Positions 38,970 to 50,386 of a stretch of DNA of 64,000 bases are shown here, piece by piece. Origin of the DNA: an uncultured Nitrososphaerota archaeon (GTDB lineage Archaea > Thermoproteota > Nitrososphaeria > Nitrososphaerales > Nitrosopumilaceae); the NCBI GenBank assembly GCA_963701075.1, contig OY969559.1, positions 160,001-224,000 of the forward strand, given 5' to 3'. Position 1 is the stretch's first letter. Every line of letters starts with the position of its first letter. Under the pieces are notes generated by a model. The model did no database searches and was not told where the DNA came from. It saw only the letters and a list, made by a program, of their open reading frames with translations. A program made the position numbers and the translations under genes.

Positions 38970-39824
38970 CTATTTTTTATTTTTGGCAATATTGTGTGAT
39001 TTTATGTTTTTATTCTTTAATTCATTGTTATGGATCTTCACCAGTGAATCAAAGTATCGTTCTGGTGTTCCTAAATCATATCTTCTACCCGCAAACTCTG
39101 TTGCATAGATTTTACTTCTTTCAAGTTTGTGTTTTAATGCATTTGTAAGCTGAACCTCTCCTCCGAAATCTTTTGACGTGTTTCTTATACTGTCAAAAAT
39201 ATCTGATGTTAAGATGTATCTACCCGAAACGATGTATTTCCATTTTGATGATTTCTTTTTTGGTTTTTCCATTAGATCTACAACTTCATATGAATTACCA
39301 TATTTTTTTACAGAAGCAATTCCATATGAGAGATAATCTTCTGATTTTTCTATGGCTATGACAGATTCATTTACTCTATCAAAAGTATTTAGTAACTGTT
39401 TTGTACATGGCACCGAAGAAAAAAATACATCGTCTCCTAAAAGTACTGCAAACGGTTCATTTCCTATGTGTTTTTCAGTTTTGAGAATTGCGTCACCTAA
39501 TCCTAGTGGATTATACTGGCGCACATAGTGAATTGTAACTTTATTTAAAAGAGAGTTAATTTCCTCTAGCAAGTTTTCTTTTTTAGATTTTTTAAGATGA
39601 GTTTCAAGCTCTGGTGAAAAATCAAAATAATCTTCTATAGCTCTTTTGCCTCTTCCAGTTACAATGATGATGTCTTCTATGCCTGATTGAATAGCCTCTA
39701 TTACCACATAATGTATGATTGGCTTGTTAATTATGGGCAACATTTCTTTTGGCTGGGATTTGGTAAGTGGTAGAAATCTAGTTCCAAGACCGGCTGCTGG
39801 TATTACTGCCTTTTTTACATGCAT
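38970..39824 (-). CDS. galU: UTP-glucose-1-phosphate uridylyltransferase
   Basis: KAVIPAAGLGTRFLP.TK..PKEMLP, GEVQLT. Confidence 0.93.
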   Translation of the reverse strand: MHVKKAVIPAAGLGTRFLPLTKSQPKEMLPIINKPIIHYVVIEAIQSGIEDIIIVTGRGKRAIEDYFDFSPELETHLKKSKKENLLEEINSLLNKVTIHYVRQYNPLGLGDAILKTEKHIGNEPFAVLLGDDVFFSSVPCTKQLLNTFDRVNESVIAIEKSEDYLSYGIASVKKYGNSYEVVDLMEKPKKKSSKWKYIVSGRYILTSDIFDSIRNTSKDFGGEVQLTNALKHKLERSKIYATEFAGRRYDLGTPERYFDSLVKIHNNELKNKNIKSHNIAKNKK

Positions 39825-39889
39825 GTTAATTTTGTCTTAAATTTTATATCTTAAAAAGAATTTGAATGCGATATTGAACGTTATTTGTT

Positions 39890-40657
39890 CTATTTTTTCA
39901 TTATGAATCCGAATTGACCTATTTTAAGTGAAATTACTTTGTCCTTGTGATTATTTACAAAGTCATCAAAAGCAGTGTTTCTATTTACATCATCTGCAAG
40001 TATTATTCCTCCATTGGTAATATGTGGCCATGCTGTATTGAATTCAAACATCATGTTGTCAAAGGAATGTTCACTGTCATGAAAAAATACCTCGCATTTC
40101 TTTGTCTTGTTAAAGACTTCTGGCAATATCTCTCTTGATTTGCCAAGACTAAGAATCCATCTTTTTCGAAGCTTTAATGGGACTAGCCAGCCAACTTCAT
40201 CATTTTTCACTTCCACCTTGTCTACTTTTCTGTATGCAGTATTTTTCCAATATGGGACTGGTAGATCGACTGAATAAAGAGTACCAGTGTTATTCAAATC
40301 AAGTGCTTGAAGTATAAGAGTTGATGAAACACCATTTGCTACTCCTGTTTCTACTACATACTCCGGTTTTAGATGTCTAATGATAGAGTAAACTATTGTT
40401 TGAAAGGTAGGATTGAATGCTCCAGTATTGGTAAGATTTTCCAAAGATCTTGAGATGTAATCAATCAAGTCATGATTGTCCTTAATTTCTCTGTGAAATT
40501 TTAATAAAGATCCTTTTTCAAAACTGCACCCCTGCTCAATCTTTTCAATTATTGTTAGTGTAATTTGCTCCCGTTGGGATTTTGTAAGGTTCTTTCTTAA
40601 TAAAACTCTTAATGCAATATCAGGATGGGAAATGGCAAAAGATACAAATTTTTTCAA
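39890..40657 (-). CDS. Class I SAM methyltransferase (Methyltransf_24-like)
   Basis: VETGVANGVS, FHDSEHS, GG...ADD. Confidence 0.85.
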   Translation of the reverse strand: MKKFVSFAISHPDIALRVLLRKNLTKSQREQITLTIIEKIEQGCSFEKGSLLKFHREIKDNHDLIDYISRSLENLTNTGAFNPTFQTIVYSIIRHLKPEYVVETGVANGVSSTLILQALDLNNTGTLYSVDLPVPYWKNTAYRKVDKVEVKNDEVGWLVPLKLRKRWILSLGKSREILPEVFNKTKKCEVFFHDSEHSFDNMMFEFNTAWPHITNGGIILADDVNRNTAFDDFVNNHKDKVISLKIGQFGFIMKK

Positions 40658-40718
40658 CTTCTTTAGGTATTTAACCCTGCTATTTTAATCATCATAAATT
40701 TCTGTATGAACAAGTAAA

Positions 40719-41510
40719 TTAATTTCTCAGAATTTTTTCAAATGCTTTACCTGTTCTGGCACATCTAAAGTATACCTGTTTGTAAACTATTTCATCATTA
40801 CTCCAGACATATACTTTATCAAAATATTTTAAAAGGAATTTTTCCATGTCATAATTTGAATAAAATTTTTGAAGTTTCTCTTTTTCAGTATTTTCCAATG
40901 GCTGCATTGTAACAGAACCTACAAAAAGAGAATCATCATCCATGCAAGAAGCAATCTTGCTCATTAAAATTTCAGCTTCACTCTCTTTTAGATACATTAT
41001 TGATGAATCCATTATTATTACATTGTATCGATCTCTTGGAAATGAATCCTTTGTTACATCTAATTTGTAATAGAAAATATTTTTAGATGAATATTTTTTT
41101 TTTGCAATTCTAAGTGCATCTTCATTTGCATCTATTGCATCTATACTGGAGGCAATATCTGAAAAAAGGAAATAATCAAAAAAACCATTACCGCAACCAA
41201 TATCCATAACTATGTCCCCTTTTCGTATTGCTTGTCTTGAGTAAAAACCGCGGTTAAGCCAACCGGGGAATTTGTTTTTATAAAATAATAAATGAGCTGG
41301 CCTCAAATCTGAAAAATGAGGCTCTTTATTAGATAACCAGAAATCTCTGATCAATTTTACATGTAATGTAAATCGTAGAAAATCTTCTGATAAATTTATG
41401 ACGCTGCAACTTGATATTGGTAAAAAGAGAACCCTTAGAAAAATTTTGAGCATTTTGATAATTCTCTTATTCTTATTCTTTCTAAGATAATTAATGATTG
41501 ATTCTTTCAT
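40719..41510 (-). CDS. Class I SAM methyltransferase
   Basis: MDIGCGNG motif I. Confidence 0.8.
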   Translation of the reverse strand: MKESIINYLRKNKNKRIIKMLKIFLRVLFLPISSCSVINLSEDFLRFTLHVKLIRDFWLSNKEPHFSDLRPAHLLFYKNKFPGWLNRGFYSRQAIRKGDIVMDIGCGNGFFDYFLFSDIASSIDAIDANEDALRIAKKKYSSKNIFYYKLDVTKDSFPRDRYNVIIMDSSIMYLKESEAEILMSKIASCMDDDSLFVGSVTMQPLENTEKEKLQKFYSNYDMEKFLLKYFDKVYVWSNDEIVYKQVYFRCARTGKAFEKILRN

Positions 41511-41680
41511 TTAATTAATAACCTGTTTTCATTTATTTTAACAATTCATGAACATAAACATGTTCTTTAGCATGTTATTTATAGGCATAATATTTGTTTG
41601 ATTTTTTAATATCTTAAATATGTAAGTATTACTAATTGATTTCCTGAATCTTTTAATATGCTAAACCCGAAAAAATTTCT

Positions 41681-42613
41681 GTGGACTGGACAGATAAAAA
41701 AATTGTTGTAACTGGCGGTAGTGGTTTTTTAGGATCCCGCGTTGTAGATGCCTTACAGAAAAGAGGAGCAAGAAATATTTTTATTCCTAGATCTAAAGAT
41801 TGCGATTTACGTTTACAAGATAACTGTGCTATTATTACAAAAAATGCAGACATTGTTTTTCATTTAGCCGCTAAAGTAGGAGGAATTGGATTAAATCAGC
41901 AAAAACCAGGGGAATTGTTCTATGACAATCTGGTAATGGGAGTAAATTTAATGGAGGAAGCAAGAAAAAATAGAGTCACAAAATTTGTTGCACTTGGAAC
42001 TATTTGCAGTTATCCAAAATTCACACCTGTACCATTTTTGGAAGAATCTATTTGGAATGGTTATCCTGAAGAAACAAACGCACCTTACGGTTTGGCAAAA
42101 AAAATGTTACTGGTTCAATCTCAGGCATATAGACAACAATATGATTTTAGATCAATTGTGGTTTTTCCAACAAATCTATATGGCCCAAATGATAACTTTG
42201 AGGAAAATAAATCTCATGTCATTCCAGCACTAATTAAAAAGATTTATCTAGCGAAAAAGGAAAATGCGAGTTCTATTAATTTATGGGGAGATGGCAGCCC
42301 AACACGAGATTTTCTCTATGTTGATGATGCAGCAGAAGGAATAGTATTGGCTGCTGAAAAGTACGATAAAACTGATCCAGTCAACCTTGGCACGGGGGAA
42401 GAAATTTCAATAAAGTATTTAGCAGAGATGTTATTGAAGTTAATGAATGCCAACCTTTCAATAACATGGCAAACAGACAAGCCAAACGGTCAACCCAGAA
42501 GATGTGTTGATTCAAAACGAGCATTACAAGAATTTGGTTTTAAGCCAAAAATTAGTTTTGAGGAAGGATTGAAAAGAACCATAGCATGGTTTGAAAAAAC
42601 TCAAAGTGGTTAA
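41681..42613 (+). CDS. fcl: GDP-L-fucose synthase
   Basis: HLAAKVGGI, PYGLAKK, NLYGP.DNF, SHVIPAL, WGDGSPTRDF. Confidence 0.92.
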   Translation: MDWTDKKIVVTGGSGFLGSRVVDALQKRGARNIFIPRSKDCDLRLQDNCAIITKNADIVFHLAAKVGGIGLNQQKPGELFYDNLVMGVNLMEEARKNRVTKFVALGTICSYPKFTPVPFLEESIWNGYPEETNAPYGLAKKMLLVQSQAYRQQYDFRSIVVFPTNLYGPNDNFEENKSHVIPALIKKIYLAKKENASSINLWGDGSPTRDFLYVDDAAEGIVLAAEKYDKTDPVNLGTGEEISIKYLAEMLLKLMNANLSITWQTDKPNGQPRRCVDSKRALQEFGFKPKISFEEGLKRTIAWFEKTQSG

Positions 42614-42739
42614 AATTACACACTATCAAATCTCGGCAATTAGGAAATTAACCTACAATATCAAGATTAGTCATTAGATTGTTAGGATCGTTTGTGATTT
42701 TAAAAATTTTCCATTGTTAAAACACGATGACTGGATTTA

Positions 42740-44230
42740 TTATTTTATTTTGTGTATAATGCTAGAAAGGACTGGATAAATCTTCTCAGCAGTATTCTTT
42801 GGAAAACCAGAGTATATCACGTCATGAATATCTCCATCTGTGAATAAATTCAAGCGGATATACACTATTAAAGAACCAAAGAAGATAGCAATTGAAGCAA
42901 TTATAAATTCAATATGAAATATCCACAAAATAAAACCCAATGCCATTGGGATAACTGTAAATATTGCATATTTTCTATATTCCAGCACCAAATTATGTTT
43001 TGAAGCAAATTTACTTATGAAGATGAATGTTACAATTGAACCAGCAATGTAAGCAAGAGCAGCACCATTACCTCCAAAAGAAGGAATTAGCACAAAATAA
43101 AGAATAGTACGTAGAATGCTTCCAATAAGTCCGAAATAAAATACAGATTTGTGATCACCTCTTCCATAAATAAAATGGTAAACTATTCCAGTTACGATAT
43201 CAAATGGAACTGCAATCATTAAGATGACTAGAATGCTTTGTCCAATGCTAAAGGTCTTGCCAAAGATTCCAAGGAAGTCATTTGAAAAGAAAAGAAGTGA
43301 AAGTGATATTGGAATAGTAAAAATAAAGCCTAGTTTTAATGTGTGTAATAAATACAAAACACGTTGTTCTGCACTGATCATGCCAGCAACTAAAGGTTGA
43401 GTAATTCTTTCAATTCCATTTACAATAAAAAGTGATAATGAATAAATTGACATAGGGATATAAAATAGTCCTGCGTCAGTAGGGCTCTTGTTTGCAAAAA
43501 TAATTATAACTCCAAGTTGTGATCCTATTTGACCCATTACATAAGGAAGCCAACTCGCAAGACTTGCATTAAAAAGTTGTTTGAAATTCGAAACTATATT
43601 ATGTGTAGACTTTAGAGGGGTTCCTTTTACAATTTTTAATACATAAAAAGCATAAAATGCTGTAGATACAAATAACATTGAAGCGTATGAAAGTATTGTT
43701 CCCATGCCAGGAGAATTCAGGAAATAAACAAAACCAAAAAGTAAAGGAAATCTAATCAAAGATCCAATGATTGACGGCAATAAAAGTTTCTTTGCATTGA
43801 GTGATGATACCAACGGTTCATACAAAATAAAGTTAAATGTAGTTGCAGCAATCATTGCAACAATTATCCATACATATTCATAGCCAATACCCATTAATCT
43901 TAAGATTTGTAGTTGTGGAATAAGGATCAATACAGATATGATAATAGTTCCTACTGACACAAACAATATCGACGAAGTGACAAACTGTTTGAATTCTCCC
44001 ATGTTTCCCAAAGAAAATGAGATTCCCAGGTATCGTCTGATTCCTGCTGATGCATTTACACTACTTATCGAGGTGACTAGTGTTACAAATGATGCTATTG
44101 CAGCAACTAAACCAATAGTATCTACATTAACTACTTTTGTTGCAAAAAGTAAAAAAGCATAGGCAAGTATGGCGGGTAACATATAACCCATAGAAGCATA
44201 TCCAATATTCTTTCCAACTTTATCATCCAA
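42740..44230 (-). CDS. Oligosaccharide flippase (Wzx/MATE-like)
   Basis: About 12-14 TM helices; LIP.FG..GAA motif. Confidence 0.8.
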   Translation of the reverse strand: MDDKVGKNIGYASMGYMLPAILAYAFLLFATKVVNVDTIGLVAAIASFVTLVTSISSVNASAGIRRYLGISFSLGNMGEFKQFVTSSILFVSVGTIIISVLILIPQLQILRLMGIGYEYVWIIVAMIAATTFNFILYEPLVSSLNAKKLLLPSIIGSLIRFPLLFGFVYFLNSPGMGTILSYASMLFVSTAFYAFYVLKIVKGTPLKSTHNIVSNFKQLFNASLASWLPYVMGQIGSQLGVIIIFANKSPTDAGLFYIPMSIYSLSLFIVNGIERITQPLVAGMISAEQRVLYLLHTLKLGFIFTIPISLSLLFFSNDFLGIFGKTFSIGQSILVILMIAVPFDIVTGIVYHFIYGRGDHKSVFYFGLIGSILRTILYFVLIPSFGGNGAALAYIAGSIVTFIFISKFASKHNLVLEYRKYAIFTVIPMALGFILWIFHIEFIIASIAIFFGSLIVYIRLNLFTDGDIHDVIYSGFPKNTAEKIYPVLSSIIHKIK

Positions 44231-44570
44231 TTACAATCATCAACTTCTATAGCATATTTGGCTAGCAATTTATGTCATACAGCATTAATAACATTCTAAT
44301 CAGATATTTTACAGATTTTATTTAAGAAATTTTAGTTTGTTTACCAACTCGTTCCAAACCGCAATTTTGGCATAAATATTGGACATCTTTCTCATGCAAA
44401 GATCTAAAAATAGATCAAAATGATATTGAAAAATAACGAATTTCGGAGTTAGTCAACAAAGCAAAAAATTTCCTAGTTTCATATACTGGTATAACTAAAA
44501 TTTAACTCCCAAATACCTTGGCATACATGAGAGTGAAAATACAGATGATTGGTTTATAGTATCTAAATGA

Positions 44571-46103
44571 ATGATAAAATTCATGAGAGATAAGATCCTG
44601 TTTTGGATAGATGAAGATTTTATACATTATGGAATTTCAAAATATTTACAAGATAACTATGATTGTGATCTTTTTTCTGTAGTAGATTTACTTGATAAAC
44701 CTAAAAAATTCTTTGAGAAACAACAACTGGTTAAATTTCAAAAAGCATGGTATTACGATGAACATCTTCCATCAGATAATGAAAAACCTGATCTTGCATA
44801 TTTAAAATCCTTTGAAGAAAAATATGGAATAAGTTTATCACGCATGATTTATCTTGATAGGATGTTTTCATTACATAACAAATTTTATAAAGTAAAAAAT
44901 GATCAAATATTGTCACTGATTGAAAGAGCGTGTAGATTCTGTGAAGATGTACTTGATGAATTAAAACCTAATTTCTTTATAACAAAAATGACTAATATGC
45001 ATCACAATCATCTATTTTATGAGACTTGTAAAGCTCGAGGTATTCATGTACTGATGCTTGTACCAGATAAATTTGAACGTAGATGCATGATATCAAAAGA
45101 ATCAAATAAATTTGATTTAAATCCTAACAGTACAGATATTTCAAAAACAAGAACAATTTCAGAATTGCAAGATTTTGTGAAAAAATATAGTTCACAAAAA
45201 CAAACAAAAAAAGGAATTACAAATTTTCAAGCATATACGAAGAAAAAAATTTTAACATGGATTTTAAAATTTTTATTTTCTAAAAGTGAAAATTTCACTG
45301 ATCATTTTAATCGCTATGGTCAAACGAAAATTAGAATTCTCATGAATGCAGCCTCTAATATACTTCAGAGAAAAATCAGAAGTTCCTTCATAGATAGAAA
45401 TTTTATAACAAAAATAGATGAAACAACTCCTTTCATATATTATCCATTACACTATGAACCTGAAAGATTGTATCTCATAGATGTTCCACATTATGACAAT
45501 CAGATTTATGAGATTAAGAATATTGCAAAATCATTACCTATTGGTTATAAATTATTAGTCAAGGAACACCCGGCAATGGTTCTACTTAACTGGAGAGATG
45601 TACAATATTATAAACAAATCATGGATTTGCCTAATGTTCAGTTGGTTCACCCATCTATATCTACAGATGAGATTATAGCGAAATGCTCTCTGGTAATATC
45701 AATTGCAGGTTCTGCGGGTTTGGAATCTGCTTTTTATAAGAAACCGTCAATTGTGTTTTCTGATGTAATTTATTCAACTTTTCCATTTACATACCGTTTA
45801 AAATCAATAGAAGAACTCTCGCAAGCTATACGTCTATCTTTAGAAAGAGAGGTAAATCTCTCTGATCTTGATAGATACTTGAACATTCTTGAACAGAATT
45901 CATTTGAATTCGATATTGTAGAGATTCAATCTGGGTTCAATAATTGGTTCTATGGTGGCGGCGTGTTGACAGATGTGGAAATAGCAATACCAAAAATGAT
46001 ATCCTTTTTAGAGAATTATAAATCATCGTTTGACAAATTGGGCTTTGAACATGTGAAAAAAATCAAGCAATATAATGAAACCAATCAAAAAAATACTCTT
46101 TGA
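44571..46103 (+). CDS. Capsule-biosynthesis (KpsS-like) glycosyltransferase
   Basis: YPLH.EPE, VKEHP, GSAGLES motifs. Confidence 0.7.
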   Translation: MIKFMRDKILFWIDEDFIHYGISKYLQDNYDCDLFSVVDLLDKPKKFFEKQQLVKFQKAWYYDEHLPSDNEKPDLAYLKSFEEKYGISLSRMIYLDRMFSLHNKFYKVKNDQILSLIERACRFCEDVLDELKPNFFITKMTNMHHNHLFYETCKARGIHVLMLVPDKFERRCMISKESNKFDLNPNSTDISKTRTISELQDFVKKYSSQKQTKKGITNFQAYTKKKILTWILKFLFSKSENFTDHFNRYGQTKIRILMNAASNILQRKIRSSFIDRNFITKIDETTPFIYYPLHYEPERLYLIDVPHYDNQIYEIKNIAKSLPIGYKLLVKEHPAMVLLNWRDVQYYKQIMDLPNVQLVHPSISTDEIIAKCSLVISIAGSAGLESAFYKKPSIVFSDVIYSTFPFTYRLKSIEELSQAIRLSLEREVNLSDLDRYLNILEQNSFEFDIVEIQSGFNNWFYGGGVLTDVEIAIPKMISFLENYKSSFDKLGFEHVKKIKQYNETNQKNTL

Positions 46104-46370
46104 TTTTGTTTGTTACAACACACCACATCAATTAAATAAAAAGAGATGATTGAAGATCTATTATTCATCTTCTTTCTGGTTATTCAATTGTCAAATTCAG
46201 GTTAGAACGCCTACCACAAGTCGTTAAACTATACAGAGTCTTACGGAAGAACTAAACTGTTAAAGTATTTCAAACACAGATTATTATCATCACCATTTTG
46301 GCCTATCAAACGTAAAATGATTGCGAATGTTTAAAATAATGAAGACAAAACATTTCCAAGCTTTTGCTAA

Positions 46371-47000
46371 TCACTTTAATGCTATTCCTAAAGCACGTCT
46401 TGTTACATCCTTTGTGATATATCTAGTACCATGCCAAGATCCTAGAGTTTCTTCAAAACAGACCATGCTATTATCCAAATTATAGGGTTCGAATATTATT
46501 GATGATTCATCTTCATTTTTACAAATGTAAGTGCCACCGGGATCACCTTTTTGCCAGTTTTTAGAAAAGTATAGCATGATTTGTATCTTATGGGGGTAAT
46601 TTCCATCATAATCTATATGTGGAAGTTGGAATCCTCCTTTTGTATTTACTACGAAGGCAGAATGTAATGTCTTCGCTACTTTAATGCCTATAAAATTACT
46701 AAAGTTCTCAAGAAATTCCTTCGAACACATATATGTTTTAAAATCATTCCATTCTTTGCTCAAATGCAGTTCCTCTTTTAGTTCATCACTTCCATCCAAA
46801 AGAGGTTTCATTTTTGAAACACGTCTAAATTGATTTTGCTCCCATGAATTGTCTGGATTTGGAAATGTTTCGTATAATTTTTCGTAAAAAGGGCGGTGAA
46901 AAACCTCTTCAACAAAAGCAAATCTAAAGGGTTTATTGTTTTTAAAGGTCTCGGAATTCTTATACAGATTTTCCCAATTTATTATCTTTTGAGTGCTCAA
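46371..47000 (-). CDS. 2OG-Fe(II) oxygenase family protein
   Basis: PHID...SWHG...RR metal/2OG motif. Confidence 0.75.
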   Translation of the reverse strand: MSTQKIINWENLYKNSETFKNNKPFRFAFVEEVFHRPFYEKLYETFPNPDNSWEQNQFRRVSKMKPLLDGSDELKEELHLSKEWNDFKTYMCSKEFLENFSNFIGIKVAKTLHSAFVVNTKGGFQLPHIDYDGNYPHKIQIMLYFSKNWQKGDPGGTYICKNEDESSIIFEPYNLDNSMVCFEETLGSWHGTRYITKDVTRRALGIALK

Positions 47001-47056
47001 TAGCTAGCAGTCATCTCTGGACTTAATAAAAACTTTACATATGTTATCAAAAATGA

Positions 47057-47503
47057 TTATGACAATTCCATCGCAGCTGTATTCATTTTGTAAAGAACTG
47101 CAGTAAGAAATGTCTTGTACTTTGTTTTTATTAGTGGAGTCAATATTTTATATTTTAATGTTAATTTTAAATTCGCTTTAATGGTAATCGTTGTTCCAGA
47201 ATCATTTTTTCCCAAAGTTAATTGAACTGATGTACCCTTAAGCGGTCCTTTAATTATATCACTTTGTATAATGTTCTTGTCTATCAATTTATGTGATGTA
47301 CGTTGCAATATTTCTTGAAATTTAATTGCTTCAAAAGTCAAGATCTCTTCAGTAATTGTTTCGTTTCCTTTTCTTTCTACAACTTTAATGCTTTTGACTT
47401 GATATGGTGGCAAATATTTTATTGCATTATCATAGTCTGTTGCTATTTTGTAAATCTTACTAGGATCAGCAGGCAAATTCATGGAGAATTCAATTAAAGT
47501 CAT
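47057..47503 (-). CDS. SRPBCC/polyketide cyclase-like protein
   Basis: ATDYDN...LP and I.GPLKG pattern. Confidence 0.6.
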   Translation of the reverse strand: MTLIEFSMNLPADPSKIYKIATDYDNAIKYLPPYQVKSIKVVERKGNETITEEILTFEAIKFQEILQRTSHKLIDKNIIQSDIIKGPLKGTSVQLTLGKNDSGTTITIKANLKLTLKYKILTPLIKTKYKTFLTAVLYKMNTAAMELS

Positions 47504-47595
47504 CAGGTACTACTTAAATGAGAATCATATAAATTTAGTCTTGATTATCGTTTGTGGAATCCACAAATTTTTTATCCATTGGTTTGGGTTTTTCA

Positions 47596-48585
47596 TTATA
47601 ACACATTTTCATTTAGAATAATTTGTTCTAGTTCTTCCTTAGTTAATTTTTTAACCTTGTCTGATGAATATTCTTGTTTTAGGTCTGATTTTTTTGCATC
47701 TATCATTTTTTCAAAATCATGGTTTTGGGTTTGTTGTTCGAATAGTATGTAATCATGTTCAGTTTCAAAGGTATTTCTCAGTTCTTCTTTACTTATGAGA
47801 CATTCATGATATTTTTCTCCAGGTCTGACTGGAATTCTTTCCACTTCGTTTTTCTTTTTCATTAATTCTACTATTGCATCCTTGATATCACCAACGGTGT
47901 AAGCTTTGAGTTTAGGAATAAATACCTCACCACCAGTACCTGTTTTCAGAGCACGCATGATCAAGTCCAGAGCTTGACTCATTGTTATATTAAATCGTGT
48001 CATTGTAGGATCAGTAATAGTAATTTTTCTGCCTTCTCTGATCTGATTGGAAAATACTTGAATGATAGAGCCACGACTTCCTAACACATTGCCGTATCTA
48101 ACACAGGAGAATTTGGTTTTATGATTCCCTTTGTAATAATTTGCCGATATGAATAATCTTTCCATTAACAATTTTGTTGCTCCATAAGTATTAAAAGGAG
48201 AAACTGCCTTGTCTGTTCCAATAGCTAAGGCATGTTCTACATTATTATCTAAACATGCTTCAATCAAGTTTTGTGCTCCGTATACATTTGTTTTTACTGC
48301 TTCAAACGGGTTATATTCTGCCACAGGAACATGTTTGAGTGCGGCTGCATGAATTACTATATTGATGTCTTCTAATGCCCTATGCAGTCTATTTTTGTCT
48401 CTAATATCTCCAATTAAAAATCGCAATCTATGATCCTTGAATTCTGAGTCCATCTTAACTTGTTTTAGTTCATCTCTGCTAAAAATTCTAATTGTATCAA
48501 CATTGTTTTCTAGTAATCTTCTTGTCAGTGCAGTACCTAATGAACCAGTGCCGCCTGTTATGAGAATCTTCTTTCCTTCAAACAT
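47596..48585 (-). CDS. UDP-GlcNAc 4,6-dehydratase (PseB/FlaA1-like)
   Basis: TGGTGS.G, SRDE.KQ, HAAALKHVP, TDKA, YGATK, RYGNV.GSRGS, RPGEK. Confidence 0.9.
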   Translation of the reverse strand: MFEGKKILITGGTGSLGTALTRRLLENNVDTIRIFSRDELKQVKMDSEFKDHRLRFLIGDIRDKNRLHRALEDINIVIHAAALKHVPVAEYNPFEAVKTNVYGAQNLIEACLDNNVEHALAIGTDKAVSPFNTYGATKLLMERLFISANYYKGNHKTKFSCVRYGNVLGSRGSIIQVFSNQIREGRKITITDPTMTRFNITMSQALDLIMRALKTGTGGEVFIPKLKAYTVGDIKDAIVELMKKKNEVERIPVRPGEKYHECLISKEELRNTFETEHDYILFEQQTQNHDFEKMIDAKKSDLKQEYSSDKVKKLTKEELEQIILNENVL

Positions 48586-48725
48586 AGTAGGTTCATTTAA
48601 AATGCAATACAATAATCTTCCGTTTTCTTGTCTCTAACGTTACTAATTATTCACTAACTAACCAAACGATTTACATGATTAGAAAATTACATACTGCATA
48701 TCATTTGAAAATCTATATTGTAGAT

Positions 48726-49047
48726 GGTACGGACCCCTCTAGAATAAGATCATCTCATTACATACACTTTTTGAACATTATTGGAGGAATCATACATGGT
48801 AAGAAGCAAATTCATGCCCCAGAAAAAGGCAAGAATAATCTTGGAGTCATTGAACACAAACATCAGTGCTGCAGAGCTGTGCCGCAAGCAAAATATCAGC
48901 CCGCCGACATTTTACCAGTGGAAAGAAAAATTCGTAGAAGGTACAGTACACTGTCAGAATTCTACCGTTTGTGGGAGATGAGAAATAAATGAGAGTAATT
49001 GTATGTAAAATCATGCCAAAAGCGTTCTCCAAGACAGGGTCCACTCC
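48726..49047 (+). mobile_element. Internally deleted IS3-family-like element, copy 1
   Basis: Ends GGTACGGACCCC / GGGTCCACTCC, flanked by GAT/GAT; orfA HTH (ELCRK..IS..TFYQWK) fused to an orfB-like tail. Confidence 0.75.
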
Positions 49048-49193
49048 GATCATTATTATAAAATTTAAATTTTGAATCTGTAAAACAGTAGTTATTGAAC
49101 TGCACATTACATCCATGTCATGTCTGATAATGTGAAAAAACTTTTTATCTAGGGGTTAGTAAAATTGGGATTACTAGGAAAACATAGCAGAAT

Positions 49194-49992
49194 ATGACTC
49201 AATTAAACTCTGATTTAATAAAAATGCATTTAGAAGAAATTAATCTTAAGGGCTATAGCATTATTGAAAATGTTATTACTTCAGATGAATGTAAAAAAAT
49301 TTCAGATAAACTTGATGCGTTTGAAGAAGATCAGCAAAAGGAATTTGGTCTTGAGCGTCTAAAAAAATTAACCGAAATTGGAATTATAAGAACTCTAATA
49401 GAAAAAGATGAATATTTCATGAATATTATTCTCAACCGAACCGTTTTGTCCATAATGAATACAATATTGGGTGATAAACGTATTTTACATCTTCAGAATG
49501 GTCTAGTCCTAGAACCACAGCTTGCACAAAATCAAATAGCTCGCTATCATAGAGATATGCCATTTTCAAATTATGCTGGAAATCCTATAGCAGTAAATGC
49601 CTTTTGGATGATTGATGATTTTACAAAAGAGAATGGTGCAACGTGGATATTGCCATATAGTCATAAGATGTTGGAAATTCCCAGTACTCAATTTATAGAA
49701 AAGCATAGCATACAAGCAGAAACCAAAAAAGGATCAGTAATGATTTTTGATAGTAGGTTACTTCACAAAGTCTGGATTTAACAATACAAAGAATAGAAGA
49801 AGAGCTATAAATCACTTGTACACAAAATCTTTTGTAAAACAACAGCTTGATTTTCCTAAAATAATGGCTGGAAAATATGATTTAGAAAGTGAGATGAGCC
49901 AGATTTTGGGATTCTGGTCAGTTCCTCCAAAATCTATTCATGAGTTTAGAAGTGATCCAGAGAAAAGAACATACCGAAGTGGTCAACAATAG
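49194..49992 (+). CDS. Phytanoyl-CoA dioxygenase (PhyH) family, apparent +1 frameshift at 49769-49773
   Basis: YHRD, DDFTKENGAT...SH, LH(K)AG.N...RRA; one-base removal gives 265 aa. Confidence 0.85.
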
Positions 49993-50161
49993 TAAATATT
50001 GGAATGTCATTAAATTTGATTTTAATCTATCTTTGTGATTATAAAACCTCTCTCAATAACTAATTGTTAACTTGCTTCTTATAATTTTCATATAGTGTGA
50101 TTTAAACAAGATAATACAATTTTTATACTAATCAAGTCTTAGATAAATATCCCTCAGATAA

Positions 50162-50257
50162 ATTCTTAAGGAATTAATCTATGGTTAGCTTAAGACCATC
50201 TCTGAACGTAATTACAGATTCAAATCCTAATTTTTCATTGGCGTTCGTTATTGACAG
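50162..50257 (-). pseudogene. 3' relic of an NAD-dependent epimerase/dehydratase
   Basis: LSITNANEKLGFESVITFRDGLKLTID*FLKN matches the typical LG..P...F.EGL..TI.W tail. Confidence 0.55.
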
Positions 50258-50386
50258 CTTGTGTATTACAGTGAGATTTTTTGATAATACCTAATGATTA
50301 TTTGTAGATTTGAAGGTATTATTATTGTATTGTGATGCCTACAGCAATCTATAAGACTATCTAGAACTTCACTTAAGAAGATTAAT